A stretch of DNA of 64,000 bases, from assembly GCF_030028105.1 (NCBI RefSeq), contig NC_092397.1, positions 28,983,097 to 29,047,096 of the forward strand. Direction: 5' to 3'. The position numbers were made by a program, and so were the translations under genes. This document shows, one piece after another, positions 13,252-26,904 of the stretch; position 1 is the stretch's first letter; every line of letters begins with the position of its first letter. Under the pieces are notes generated by a model. It searched no databases and was not told where the DNA came from. It saw only the letters and a program-made list of their open reading frames with translations. The DNA comes from Mobula birostris (Eukaryota).

Positions 13252-14602
13252 AAGTGCCGATGAAAAGTATTCACGCCCCTTGGAAGTTTTCATCGTTTAT
13301 TGTTTCACAACATTGAATCACTTTGGTTGAATTTGGCTTTTTTTTATACTGATCAACGGTAAAAAAAACTCATTTGTGTCAAAGTGAAAACAGATCTCTA
13401 AATTAATTACAGATATAAAAACATAAAACAATTGCCTGTATAAGTATTCACCCCCTTTAATATGACACACCAAATCATCACTGGTGCAGCCACTTGGTTT
13501 TAGGAGTTACATAATCAGTTTAATGGAGATCACCATGTGTAGTCAAGGTGTTTCAATTGATTGTAGTAAAAATATGTCTGTATCTGGAAGGTCCAACTAC
13601 TGGTGAGTCAGTATCCTGGGAGAAACTACACCATGAAGACAAATTAACACTCCAAGCAGCTCTGCAAAAATGCTTTGGAAAAACACATGTCAGGAGATGG
13701 ATTCAAGTCACTAAATACCCTTGGAGTACAGTTATGTCACTCATCCAGAAATGGGAGGAATGTGGCACAGCTGTAAATCTGCCAAGAGCAGGCCATCCTC
13801 AAAAACTGAGTGACCGTGCAAGAAGGGGACCAGTGAGAGAGGCTCCAAGTGACCTGTGACAACTCTGGAGGAGTTACAAGCTGCAGTGGCTGAGATGGGA
13901 GAGACTGTGCACACAACAACTGTTGCCCAGGTGCTTCACCAGTTGCAGCTTTTTGGGAGAGGGGTGAAGCGAAAGCCACTGAAAAATGCTCTCATGAAGC
14001 CTTGCCTGGAATTTGCCAGAAGTGACAGACCCTGAAGTCAGCTGGAAGAAGTTTCTATGGTCTGATATAAACAAAATTGCCCTTTTTGACCATCAAACTG
14101 AACACAAAGTTTAGCGGAAGCCAGTGACCACAAACACAAAACCAAAGCTACACAGGAACGCCTTAAAACAAAGTTAATGTCCTGCAGTGGCCAAGTCAGG
14201 GTCCAGACCTCAATCTAATTGTGGCTGGACTTGAAATGGACAGTTTGTGCACAAACTGCATGCACTCTGACAGATCTTCAGCAGTTTTGTGAAGAAGAAG
14301 GGGAAAAATTGTAGTGTCCAGGTGTGCAAAGCTGATAGAGACCTATCCACACAGAGTCTACTATGATTATTGCCAAAGGTGCATCAACTAATTACTGACT
14401 TGAAGGAGGTGAATACTTATCCGTCAATTATTTTGTGTTTTATATTTGTAATTAAATTAGATCCCTTTTTAAAGATCTTTTCATTTGGACACCACAGTGT
14501 CTTCTCTGATGATCAGTGTTTTAAATTAAATCCACTATGATTCAATGTTGTAAAACAATAAAACATGAAAACATCCAGTGAGACTAAATACTATAGGCAC
14601 TG
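13252..14602 (+). mobile_element. Tc1-family DNA transposon (IR/DR type), internally deleted, defective transposase
   Basis: TA|aagtgcc…ggcactg|TA ends. ~200-bp imperfect inverted repeats (acaacattgaatca / tgattcaatgttgt) with inner repeat aagtattcacc. Transposase remnants QKWEECGTAVNLPRAGHPQKLSDRARR, WSD, WPSQGPDLN. Confidence 0.85.
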
Positions 14603-14829
14603 TATCCACCCCCTCACCAGCACCTTATGAACAAATCCACTCTTCTCCTTTCCATTTTGCCGATTCCGTGTGGAACATGGAACATGATGGAAGGTTGAGT
14701 TACCAGTCCCAGTCCCTGTAACCATGTCCCTGCAATACCTGGTAGATCAAACATATTCGTCAAAACGCAATCTGGAATAGATGGCAACCTGCCCCTTGGC
14801 CCACAATATACGTGCTAATCATAATAATA

Positions 14830-15370
14830 TTGAGGATTTATAAAGTACTGGTGTGGTCTCACTTGGAGTATTGTGAGCAGTTTTGGGCCCTTTATCTTAG
14901 GAAGGATGGGCTGAAACTGGATGGGTTTCAAAGGACGTTCTCAAAATTGATTCCAGGATTAAACAGCTTGTCATATGAAGAGTGTTTAGTGGCTCTGGGC
15001 CTGTATTCACTAGAATATCAAATGGTGAAAGGCCTTGATAAATTGCATGTACAGAGGATGGGAGTATCTAAGACCAGAGGACACAGGCTCAGAATAGAGG
15101 AGGATCCTTGTAGAATGTGGAGATGAGGAATTTCTTGAGCCACAGAGTGGTGAATCTGTGGAATTCATTGCCAAAGGCAGCTATTGATCCAAGACTTCAT
15201 GTATATTTATATGTAGAGGTTGGTAGATTCTTGATTGGTCAGGGCATGAAGGGACACATGGAGAAGGCAGGAGATTGGGGCCGAGAGGAAAATTGGATCA
15301 GCCACAATGAAATGTCGGAGCAGACTCGATGGGACAAATGGTCTAATTCTACCCCTATACCTTATTGTCT
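14830..15370 (+). mobile_element. CR1 3' fragment
   Basis: IYKVLVWSHLEYCEQFWA…RNFLSHRVVNLWNSLP. Confidence 0.85.
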
Positions 15371-15539
15371 ATATCACCACCTCACAAACCTCAAGCAACT
15401 TCGTCAAGTGTGATGTGCCACACAAAACCATGCTGATTGTCCCTAAGGAGGCCATGCCTTTCCAAATGTGCATAAATCCTGTACCTCAATATCCTCCCCA
15501 GTAGCTTCTCTACCACTGAAATGAGGCTGCCCTGCCCAT

Positions 15540-18500
15540 AGAAACACAGAAAACCTACAGTACAATACAGGCCCTTCAGCCCACCAAGCTGTGCGGAACA
15601 TGTCCTTACCTTAGAATTACCTAGGCTTACCCATAGCCCTCTGTTTTCCTAAGCTGCATGGATCCATCCAGGCGTCTCTTAAAAGACCCTATTGTTTCCA
15701 CCTCGACCACCGCCGCCAGAAGCCAAGTCATCGCACTCACCACTCTCTGCGTAAAAAAAAAAAAAAAATCTCTTCTGCACCTTCTTCCAAGCACCTTAAA
15801 ACTGTGCCCTCTCATGCTAGCCATTTCAGCCTTGGGGAAAAGCCTCTGATTATCCACATGACCAACGACTGTCATTATCTTGTACACACCTATCAGGTCA
15901 CCTCTCATCCTCCGTCACTCCAAGGAGAAAAGGCCAAGTTCACTCATCCTATTCTCATAAGGCATGCTCCCCAATCCAGGCAACATCCTTGTAAATCTCC
16001 TCTGCACCCTTTCCATGGTTACCACTCCTTCCTGTAGTGAGGCGACCAGAATTGAGCACAGTACTCCAGGTGGGGTCTGACCAGGGACCTGCATATCTGC
16101 CACATTACCTCTCGGCTCTTAAGCTCAATTCCACGGTTGATGAAGGCCAATGCACCATATGCCTTCTTAACCAGAGTCAACCTGTGTAGCAGCTTTGAGT
16201 GTCTTATGGGCTTGGACCCCAAGATCCCTCTGATCCTCCACACTGCCAAGTGTCTTAACATTAATGCTATATTCTGACATCATATTTGACCTACCAAACT
16301 GAACCACCTCACACTTATATGGTGGGTTGAACTCCATCTTCTACTTCTCAGCCCAGTTTTGCATCCTACCAATGTCCCGCTATAACTTCTGACAGTACTC
16401 CACACTATCCACAACACATCCAACCTTGGTTTTACCAGCAAATTTACTAACCCATTCCTCCACTTCCTCATCCAGGTCATTTATAAACATCATGAAGAGT
16501 AGGGGATCCCAGAACAGATCTCTGAGGCACACTAGTGGTCACAAACTGCCATGCAGAATATGACCCATCTACAACCACTCTTTGCCTTCTGTGGGCAAGC
16601 CTGTTTCTGGATCCACAAAGGAATGTCTCCTTAGATCTCATGCCTCCTTACTTTCTCAATAAGTCTTGCATGGGGTAGCTTATCACATGCCTTGCTGAAA
16701 TCCATATACATCATATCTTGGGCTCTACCTTCATCAATGTGTTTAATGAAATCCTCAAAAAATTTAATCAGGCTCGTAAGGCACGACCTGCCTTTGACAA
16801 AGCCAAGCTGACTATTCCTAATCATATTATGCCTCTCCAAATGTTCATAAATCCTGCCTCTCAGGATGTTCTCCATCAACTTACCAACCACTGAAGTAAG
16901 ACTCACTGGTCTGTAATTTCCTGGGCTATCTCTACTCCCTTTCTTGAATAAGGGAACAACCTCCGCAACCCTCCAATCCTCCGGAACCTCTCCCGTTGTT
17001 ATTGATGATGCAAAGATCCTCGCCATAGGCTCGGCAATCTCCTCCCTCACTTGCAGCAATAGCCAGGGTACATCCCATCCGGTCCCAGTGACTTATCCAA
17101 CTTGATGCTTTCCAAAAGCTCCAGTACATCCTTAATATCTATATGCTCAAGCTTTTCAGTCACCTGCAAGTCATCCCTACAATCGCCAAGATCCTTTTCC
17201 ATAGTGAATACTGAAGCAAAGTATTCATTAAGTACCTCTGCTATCTCCTTCGGTTCCATACACACTGTTCCACTGTCACACTTGATTGGTCCCATTCTCT
17301 CTTGTCTTATCCTCTTGCTCTTCACATACTTGTAGAATGCTTTAGGGTTTTCCGTAATCCTGTCTGCCAAGGCCTTCACATGGCATCTTCTGGCTCTCCT
17401 AATTTCATTCTTAAGCTTCTTCCTGCTAGCCTTTTATTCTTCTAGATTCATATCATTACCTCGTTTTTTGAACCTTTCGTAAGCTCTTCTATCTTCTTGA
17501 CTGGATTTACAACTGCCTTTGTACACCACGGTTCCTGTACCCTACCGTCCTTTCCCTGTCTCATTGGAACGTACCTATGCAGAACCCCACACAAATATCC
17601 CCTGAGGATTTGCTACATTTCTTCCATACATTTCCCTGGGAACATCTGTTTCCAACTTATGCTTCCAAGTTTGCCTGAATAGCCTCATATTTCTCCTTAC
17701 TCCGATTAAACGTTTCCCTAACTTGTCTGTTCCTATCCCTCCCTTATACTATGGTAAAGGAGATAGAATTGTGATCACTATGTCCAAAATGCTCTCCCAC
17801 TGAGAGACCTGACACCTGCCAGGTTCATTTCCCAATACCAGATCAAATACAAGTCTCTCCTCTTGTAGGGTTATCTATATATTGTGTCAAGAAACCTTCC
17901 TGAACACACCTAACAAACTCAACCCCATCTAAACTCCTCACTCTAGGGAGATGCCATTCAATATTTAGGCAAATTAAAATCTCCCACCACAACAACCCTG
18001 TTATTGTTACATCTTTGCAGAATCTGTCTCCCTACCTGCTCCTCGATGTCACTGTTACTATTGGGTGGTCGATAAAAAACACCCTGTAGATTTATTGACC
18101 CCTTCCTATTCCTAACTTTCACCCACAGAGACTCTGTAGACAACCCCTCCCTCACTTCTTCCATTTCTGCAGCCATGATACTATCCCTGATCAACAGTGT
18201 CACACCCATACCTCTTTTGCCTCCTTCCCTGTCCTTTCTGAAACATCTAAAGCCTGGCACTTGAAGTAGCTATTCTTGCCCCTGCAACATCCAAGTCTCC
18301 GTAATGGCCACAACATCATAGCTCCAAGTGCTGATCCATGCTTTAAGCTCATCCGCATTTTTCATAATACTCCTTGCATTAAAATAGACACATCTCAAAC
18401 CATCGGTCTAAGCGCGTCCCTTGTCTATCACCTGTCTATTCTCCTTTTCCAAGCTTTCTCTATCTGAGTGCCAACCTCCCTTTCCTCCGTCACTTCAGTT

Positions 18501-19156
18501 CAGTTCCTACCCCCTACAGTGCTAGTTTAAACTCTCTCCAACAGCCTTAGTAAACCTCCCCGCCAGGATATTGGTCCCCTTGGGATTCAAGTGCAATTTG
18601 TCCTGTTTGTACAGGTCACACCTGCCCCAAAAGAGGTCCCAAAGATCCAGAAATCTGAATCCCTGCCCCCTGCTCCAGTCCCTCAGCCAGGCATTTATCC
18701 TCCACCTCATTCTATTCCTGTACTCCTGAGATTACCTGTGAGGTCCTGCTGCTCAACTTCCTTCCGAACTCCCTGCAGTCTGTTTTCAGGACCTCCTCCC
18801 TTTTTCTACATATGTCATTGGTACCAATATGTCCCACAACCTCTGGCTGTTCTCATACCTACTTCAGGGTATCGTGGATGTGATCAGAAACTCCCCACAC
18901 CCTGGCACCTGGGCAGCAAACTACCATCCGTGTTTCTTACCTGTGTCGACAGAATCGCTTGTCCAACCGCCTAACTATAGAGTCCCCTATCACTGCTGCC
19001 ATCCTCTTCCTTTCCCTGCCCTTCTGAGCCACAGGGTCAGACTCTGTGCCAGAGGCGTGGCCACTGTTGTTTCCCCAGGAAGGTTGTTCACCCCCCTAAC
19101 AGTACTCAAACAGGAGTACTTATTGTTATGTGTGACAGAGACTGGGGTACTCTCTA
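15540..19156 (-). mobile_element. Near full-length degenerate CR1 (ORF1 esterase 3' part + ORF2)
   Basis: Fragments INAWLRDW…LHLNPKGTNILAG (ORF1), YRPPN/GDFN, PGNYRPVSLTSVVGK, LVRPHLEYC; 3' tail at 15540. Confidence 0.9.
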
Positions 19157-20275
19157 GCAACAGGAATTCTGCAGATGCTGGAAATTCAAGCAACAAACAT
19201 AAAAGTTGCTAGTGAACGCAGTAGGCCAGGCAGCATCTCTAGGAAGAGGTGCAGTCGATGTTTCAGGCTGAGACCCTTCATCAGGACTAACTGAAGGAAG
19301 AGTGAGTAAGGGATTTGAAAGTTGGAGGGGGAGGGGGAGGGGGAGATCCAAAATGATAGGAGAAGACAGGAGGGGGAGGGATGGAGCCAAGAGCTGGACA
19401 GGTGATAGGCAAAAGGGATACGAGAGGATCATGAGACACGGAGGTCCGGGAAGAAAGACATGGAGGGTGTGGGGGGGGTACCTAGAGGATGGGCAAGGGG
19501 TATATTCAGAGTGACAGAGTGAGAAAAAGGGGAGAGAGAGAAAGAATGTGTGTATAAAAATAAGTAACAGATAGGGTACGAGGGGGAGGTGGGGCATTAG
19601 CGGAAGTTAGAGAAGTCGATGTTCATGCCATCAGGTTGGAGGCTACCCAGACGGAATATAAGGTGTTGTTCCTCTAACCTGAGTGTGGCTTCATCTTTAA
19701 AGTAGAGGAGGCCGTGGATAGACATGTCAGAATGGGAATGGGATGTGGAATTAAAACGTGTGGCCACTGGGAGATCCTGCTTTCTCTGGCGGACAGAGCG
19801 TAGGTGTTCAGCAAAGCATCTCCCAGTCTGTGTCGGGTCTCGCCAATATACAAAAGGCCACATCAGGAGCACCGGACGCAGTATATCACCCCAGCCGACT
19901 CACAGGTGAAGTGTTGCCTCACCTGGAAGGACTGCTTGGGGCCCTGAATGGTGGTAAGGAAGGAAGTGTAAGGGCATGTGTAGCACTTGTTCTGCTTACA
20001 CGGATAAGTGCCAGGAGGGAGATCAGTAGGGAGGGATGGGGGCGACGAATGGACAAGGGAGTCACGTAGGGAGCAATCCCTGTGGAATACAGGGTGGGGG
20101 GAGGGAAAGATGTGCTTAGTGTTGGGATCCCGTTGGAGGTGGTGGAAGTTACGGAGAATAATATGTTGGACCCGGAGGCTCGTGGGGTGGTAGGTGAGGA
20201 CCAGGGGAACCCTATTCCTAGTGGGGTGGCGGGAGGATGGAGTGAGAGCAGATGTACGTGAAATGGGGGAGATGT
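19157..20275 (-). mobile_element. Penelope-like element 3' portion (GIY-YIG endonuclease + hammerhead-bearing tail)
   Basis: FAEHLRSV…VATRFNS…LRLEEQHLIFRLGSLQPDGMNIDF; ctgatgaagggtctcagcctgaaac motif. Confidence 0.9.
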
Positions 20276-22490
20276 GTCAGTATTACAGTTGAACAAAGAG
20301 AACTATGGTGCTGTGAGGGAGGAGCTGGCCAAAGTTCAGTGGAACAATATCCTAGCAGGGATGACAGTGGAAAAGCAATGGCAGTGTTTCTGGGAATAAT
20401 GCGGAAGGTGCAGGATCAGTTCATTCTAAAGAGGAAGGAAGATCCTAAGGGGAGTAAGGGGAGGCCGTGGCTGACAAGGGAAGTAATGGACAGTATAAAA
20501 ATAAAAGAGAAGTATAACATAGCAAAGATGAGTGGGAAGCTGGAGGATTGGGAAACTTTTAAAGAGCAACAGAAGGTAACTAAAAAGGCAATACGCGGAG
20601 AAAAAATGAGGTACGAAGATAAACTAGCCAAGATTATAAAGGAGGATAGTAAAAGCTTCTTTAGGTATGTGAAAAGGAAAAAAAAAATAGTTAAGACCAA
20701 AATTGGGCCCTTGAAGACAGAAACGGGTGAATTTATTATGGGGAACAAGGAAATGGCAGACGAGTTGAACAGGTACTTTGGATCTGTCTTCACTGGAGAA
20801 GACACAAACAATCTCCCAGATATAATAGTGGCCAAAGGACCTAGGGTAATGGATGAAATGAAGGAAATTTATATCAGGCAGGAAATATTGTTGGATAGAC
20901 TGTTGGGTCTGAAGGCTGATAAGTCCCCGGGACCTGATGGTCTGCATCCCAGGGTACTTAAGGAGGTGGCTTTAGAAATCGTGGATGCATTGGTAATCAT
21001 TCTCCAATGTTCTATAGATTCAGGATCAGTTCCTGTGGATTGGAGGGTGCCTAATGTTGTCCCTATCTTCAAGAAGGGAAGAAGAGAGAAAACAGGGAAT
21101 TATAGACCAGTTAGCCTGACGTCTGTGGTGGGAAAGATGCTGGAGTCAATTATAAAAGATGAAATTACGACACATCTGGATAGCAGTAACAGGATCGGTC
21201 CGAGTCAGCATGGACATACAAAGGGGAAATCATGTGTGACTAATCTTCTGGAATTTTTTGAGGATGTATCTATGAAAATGGACAAGGGAGATCCAGTGGA
21301 TGCAGTGTACCTGGACTTTCAGAAAGCCTTTCATAAAGTCCCACAAAGGAGATTAGTGGGCAAAATTAGGGCATGTGGTATTGGGGGCAGAGTACTGACA
21401 TGGATTGAAAATTGGCTGGCTGACAGAAAACAAAGAGTGGCGATTAACGGGTCCCTTTCGGAATGACAGGCAGTGACCAGTGGGTTACCGCAGGGTTCAG
21501 TGATGGGACCGCAGCTGTTTACAATATATATTAATGATTTAGATGAGGGAATTATAAGTAACATTAGCAAATTTGCCGATGACACAAAGCTGGGTGGCAG
21601 TGTGAAATGTGAGGAGGATGTTATGAGAATGCAGGGTGACTTGGACAGGCTGGTTGAGTGGGCAGATGCATGGCAGATGCAGTTTAATGTGGATAAATGT
21701 GAGGTTATCCACTTTGGTGGTAAGAACAGGAAGGCAGATTATTATCTAAATGGAGTCAAGTTAGGAAAAGGGGAAGTACAACGAGATCGAGGTGTTCTTG
21801 TACATCAGTCACTGAAAGCAAGCATGCAAGTACAGCAGGCAGTGAAGAAAGCTGATGGCACGCTGGCCTTCATAACAAGGGGAATTGAGTATAAGAGCAA
21901 AGAGGTCCTCCTGCAATTGTACAGGGTCCTGGTGAGACCACACCTGGAGTACTGTGTGCAGATTTGGTCTCCAAATTTGAGGAAGGACATTCTTGCTATT
22001 GAGGGAGTGCAGCGTAGGTTCACAAGGTTAATTCTCGGGATGGCGATGTTGAAAGATTGGAGCCACTGGGCTTGTATACTCTGGAATTTAGAACGCTGAA
22101 AGGGGATCTTATTGAAACATATAAGATTATTAAGGGATTGGACACGCTGGAGGCAGGAAGCATGTTCCTGCTGATGGGTGAGTCCAGAACCAGAGGCCAC
22201 AGTTTAAGAATAAGGGGTAGGCCATTTAGACCGGAGTTGAGGAAAAACTATTTCACGCAGAGAGTGGTGGATATATGGAATGCCTGCCCCAGAAGGCTGT
22301 GGAGGCCAAGTCTCTGGATGCTTTCAAGAAAGAGATGGATAGAGTTCTTAACAATAGTGGAATCAAAGGTTATGGGGGTAAGGCAGGAACTGGATACTGA
22401 TTGTGGATGATCAGCCATGATCACAGTGAATGGCGGTGCTGGCTCGACGGGTCGAATGGCCTACTCCTGCACCTATTGTCTATTGTATGT
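20276..22490 (+). mobile_element. Young 5'-truncated CR1 ORF2 with few lesions
   Basis: ORFs 20252-21466 and 21473-22099 are contiguous RT split by a TGA at a Trp codon. Small deletion near 22045; intact 3' tail. Confidence 0.95.
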
Positions 22491-22959
22491 TCCTGCTCGT
22501 TTAAACCCTTCCGTGCAGCTGGAGGGAATCTCCCCGTAAACATATTGTCTCTCCTCCACCTTGGACCCGTCTCCCCTTCATTTCGAGAGTCCAATGATCC
22601 TTGTACCTGAAGCCCCCACCCACCTCACACCAGCTCCTCAGCCACACCTTTACCTGGGCTTTCGAAGGCGCCAGAAGCGCGGTCTATATATCTGGTTATG
22701 TATCCTGTTCCTGTATGTGACCGGTCTTTCATTTCCCTGGGGACTCAGTGGAACAATTGTTCTAATGAATCAATCCTCTCATCACTGGAAGTGACTGCAC
22801 CCTCTCCCACCAACTGCTGTGTGTGAGGGTGCTCTCACTGGTCATGGAGCCGGGAGGGACAGACCGAGGTCCTCCGGGATTTGTAGAATGGAAAAGCACT
22901 TCCTATAATTTAAAGCAGGAGAATCAGCAAAAACCCAGAAACCGTTCAGTACGTACGTG

Positions 22960-23508
<549 letters not shown>

Positions 23509-23541
23509 AAATCTCCCACTTCCTCCCGAGCACGAAACAAA

Positions 23542-23557
23542 GGCTCTTTTAAGAGCC
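23542..23557 (+). terminator. Histone 3' stem-loop (SLBP site) of H4
   Basis: GGCTCTTTTAAGAGCC followed by ACCCA and a purine-rich HDE. Confidence 0.95.
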
Positions 23558-24039
23558 ACCCACCGCCTCACGGACGGAGCCGTATCCACACACAAAATTT
23601 TGATTATTTTTTATCGATACATTCACCTGAGTTACATTTGCAACAGATTAATCGGTTCCGCTTGAAATCAACCTGCGAACCTGCCTTTCCAGTCCGTGAT
23701 TACAATAAAATCTCTGAATTCATTAAGGTCGATCTTAATCCTTTTATCCGTCTCGGACAGAAATAAGTTCACTCGTTTAGAGAAACGATTCCGTAATTAT
23801 GCATTTAAATCTTAACTGAGGGAATTAGATATTAAATAAAAGTGAAATTGTATAATCCGTGATAGAATTAATTGCAAATAAAAATAATCAGGCAGTTGCT
23901 GGCTGCTCTGAAATTGGCGGACGATTTGAACTGTATCCCGCGCTAATCACATTGCATTCTGATTGGATGACCTCCGACCGCCAGTTAAGAGTTTCTCATT
24001 TGGCCCTTAATTGTTATTCGCCATCAGCCTGCATGAAAT

Positions 24040-24135
24040 GAGTCAACCAATCGCAGAAACTAGATCCTTTAATAGACACCTGAAGACGAGCCAATCAGAG
24101 GCGATGAGAAGTCCTTCTCAAACAGTATATAGTCA
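24040..24135 (+). promoter_or_regulatory. H3 promoter (two CCAAT boxes, TATA)
   Basis: CCAAT 24047 and 24091, TATATA ~24126. Confidence 0.75.
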
Positions 24136-24196
24136 CGTCCCTGAACCCGTTCCGTCTATATTGTTCCTGTATTTCAGCCTGTGTTCTCGGTTCTGA

Positions 24197-24613
<417 letters not shown>

Positions 24614-24642
24614 ACCCGGCCTCCACACCAAGCACAAGAAAA

Positions 24643-24658
24643 GGCTCTTTTAAGAGCC
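24643..24658 (+). terminator. Histone 3' stem-loop of H3
   Basis: GGCTCTTTTAAGAGCC, then HDE GGAAAGGGCTG. Confidence 0.95.
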
Positions 24659-25343
24659 ACTACCACAGCAAAGGAAAGGGCTGTCGCTTGCTGATTATTG
24701 TATTATCGTAGTGACGATCTGCCTTCCTGATGGGGTTGTTCGGTTTTGCACTGATTGACCGCGATCATCAGCTGTTCTCTGCCGTCTGGTTGATTCAGCG
24801 AGGGACAGGAGATGAACGCGCTCCCTCCCCGTCAGAGTCTCACCTGGCCCTTCATTTCTCCCACAAACATGCCATGTACAGCTGCTGCGGCTGTTACCGT
24901 TTTGTTTGCTTTGGACGTGCCCGGCTGTCCTTGGAGTGGGAGCATGCGGTCGCGCTGGGAACAGAGGGAGGTTTCCTGGAGCGGTGACCCCAGGCAATAG
25001 TGGTTATTGTTTTTTTTAATTTGCTTTCCCTCTCTTGTACATATTTGATGTTGGTGTTTTGTGTGAATAAACTTACGTAGTTTTGTGGCTGGTAACTGAA
25101 TGAAGGTCAGTCGGCAATGTCACCGGGTAGTTTATCATACATCTTCCCCCTGCAGTCCATCCCCAGAGACAGATCCCTCTCTCAAGACGCCCCCTCCCCT
25201 CTCACATGGGTTTCAGCAGTTCCCAATCAACACAGCAGAATTGGGCTTTGGGGTGTGAGGCGCGTAATCTCCGCTGGAGTCAGTGTCTCAGTCACTCTCT
25301 CCCGGCATGGGAGAAGGGGCTGGGTTTACAACTACATCACATG

Positions 25344-25560
25344 NNNNNNNNNNNNNNNNNNNNNNNNNNNNNNNNNNNNNNNNNNNNNNNNNNNNNNNNN
25401 NNNNNNNNNNNNNNNNNNNNNNNNNNNNNNNNNNNNNNNNNNNNNNNNNNNNNNNNNNNNNNNNNNNNNNNNNNNNNNNNNNNNNNNNNNNNNNNNNNNN
25501 NNNNNNNNNNNNNNNNNNNNNNNNNNNNNNNNNNNNNNNNNNNNNNNNNNNNNNNNNNNN
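25344..25560. other. Assembly gap (217 N)
   Basis: Run of N. Confidence 1.
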
Positions 25561-25712
25561 TTCACTTCAAATCTGGGACGTCACGGCGGCACCGAATGTC
25601 AGCGAAGTACCGGGAATATCGGGTTTTATGGGAGAAGTTCCCCCGGAAAACTAAGTCGGACCCGCAGCGGGAATCACAATATTCATGATCAGCTCTTTTC
25701 TGAGATGTGGGT

Positions 25713-25728
25713 GGCTCTGAGAAGAGCC
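25713..25728 (-). terminator. Histone 3' stem-loop of H1
   Basis: Reverse strand GGCTCTTCTCAGAGCC; HDE AAAAGAGCTG complementary to the vertebrate U7 5' region. Confidence 0.93.
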
Positions 25729-25765
25729 GTTGGGTTCAAACACACACAAATGGTGTATTCTCCAT

Positions 25766-26341
25766 TTACTTTTTGACTGCTGTCTTCTTGGGCTTCGGCG
25801 CCGCTTTCTTGGCCGCTGATTTCTTCACTGAGACTTTCTTAGCCGCTGGTTTCTTCGCTGCCGCTTTCTTGGCCGCAGGTTTCTTCGCTGCCGCTTTCTT
25901 GGTCGCTGGTTTCTTCGCTGCCGCTTTCTTAGCCGCTGGTTTCTTGGCGCCAGACTTCTTGCTGGAAGATTTCTTTGCCGATAGCTTGTTCGCTTTCTTC
26001 ACTGCTTTCACGGCACTTTTTCCTTGACCGGATTTAAAGGATCCCGAAAGACCTGCGCCCTTGGTCTGAACCAAGGAGCCGCTTTCCACTCTCTTCTTGA
26101 TGCACATCCTGATCTGGGCGCGACGTTTCCCCACATCGACACCGCTGCTGGTCAGAGCCTTCATGATGGCCACAGCGGACATCCCCTTCCTATCGCGACA
26201 ATCCGCCACAATCTTACCGATTTGTTCGCCCAGCTTGGGACCGGCTGGTTTGCTCCGGGCGGCCGCCTTCTTCTTGGGGCTCTTCTTTGCGGCGGCGGAT
26301 GCGGCTGGAGGAGCCGTTTCGGCGGGTGCTGTCTCGGTCAT
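25766..26341 (-). CDS. H1: Linker histone H1 (divergent, replication-dependent type)
   Basis: 191 aa: MTETAPA N-terminus, winged-helix ending LVQTKGAGLSGSFK, Lys/Ala tail, stem-loop. Confidence 0.95.
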   Translation of the reverse strand: MTETAPAETAPPAASAAAKKSPKKKAAARSKPAGPKLGEQIGKIVADCRDRKGMSAVAIMKALTSSGVDVGKRRAQIRMCIKKRVESGSLVQTKGAGLSGSFKSGQGKSAVKAVKKANKLSAKKSSSKKSGAKKPAAKKAAAKKPATKKAAAKKPAAKKAAAKKPAAKKVSVKKSAAKKAAPKPKKTAVKK

Positions 26342-26414
26342 GTCGGCGACTCTGGAAAATCCTTCAGACTGAATCAGACTGAATGAGAAATGAAGCGAAA
26401 GGCGGCGGCACAGA

Positions 26415-26490
26415 GCAATTTAAAGGCAGCGAGCGGACGGGGCGGAGACATCCTGCTGTCAGATCCCGGAGACTTCATTTTTCTGTGTTT
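26415..26490 (-). promoter_or_regulatory. H1 promoter: AC box, GC box, TATA-like
   Basis: AAACACA (tgtgttt 26484-26490), GGGGCGG 26439-26445, TTTAAA 26419-26424. Confidence 0.75.
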
Positions 26491-26904
26491 CTCTCTCCTC
26501 AAAAACTCTCCGATTCCAATTAAAATCGGACATTCCGGAGACTCGGACTGGCCCCTGTCCGTCACTAAGGCCGCAAAGTTCGCTGGAAATAAAGTTTATT
26601 CAAGATTAAAGGCAGTTCTTTCTATTTTAACCCGTTTCATTATTGCGCTGCCCGCGATCTCTCTCCCGATCAGTGACCTGTTCTCTGCTTTTGGACTATA
26701 ATACTAAAAGTAACGAAAACTTTGCGGTTTATTCCAGCTTCGGGACTGAGCGGGAGAGTGAGGCGATTCCGTAACAGAGATTTTTTTTTCATTTTGTTTA
26801 TCAGACGCTGGGAAATCCTACGATATGTTCGGACCCACAAACCCAGCGACAGTAGTCTAAACCGCCCGCCCCTTTTACACACTCTCTCTGACATAATGCT
26901 CCCA

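Noticed and set aside
24690-25343. Possible solo LTR between H3 and H1
   Set aside because: AATAAA and a CA end are visible, but the gap hides the boundary and no TSD or PBS could be verified.
25689-25700. U7 snRNA-like CAGCTCTTTT
   Set aside because: It is the reverse complement of the H1 downstream element; no U7 Sm site or 3' hairpin follows.
25117-25776. ORFs spanning X runs
   Set aside because: Artefacts of the N gap.
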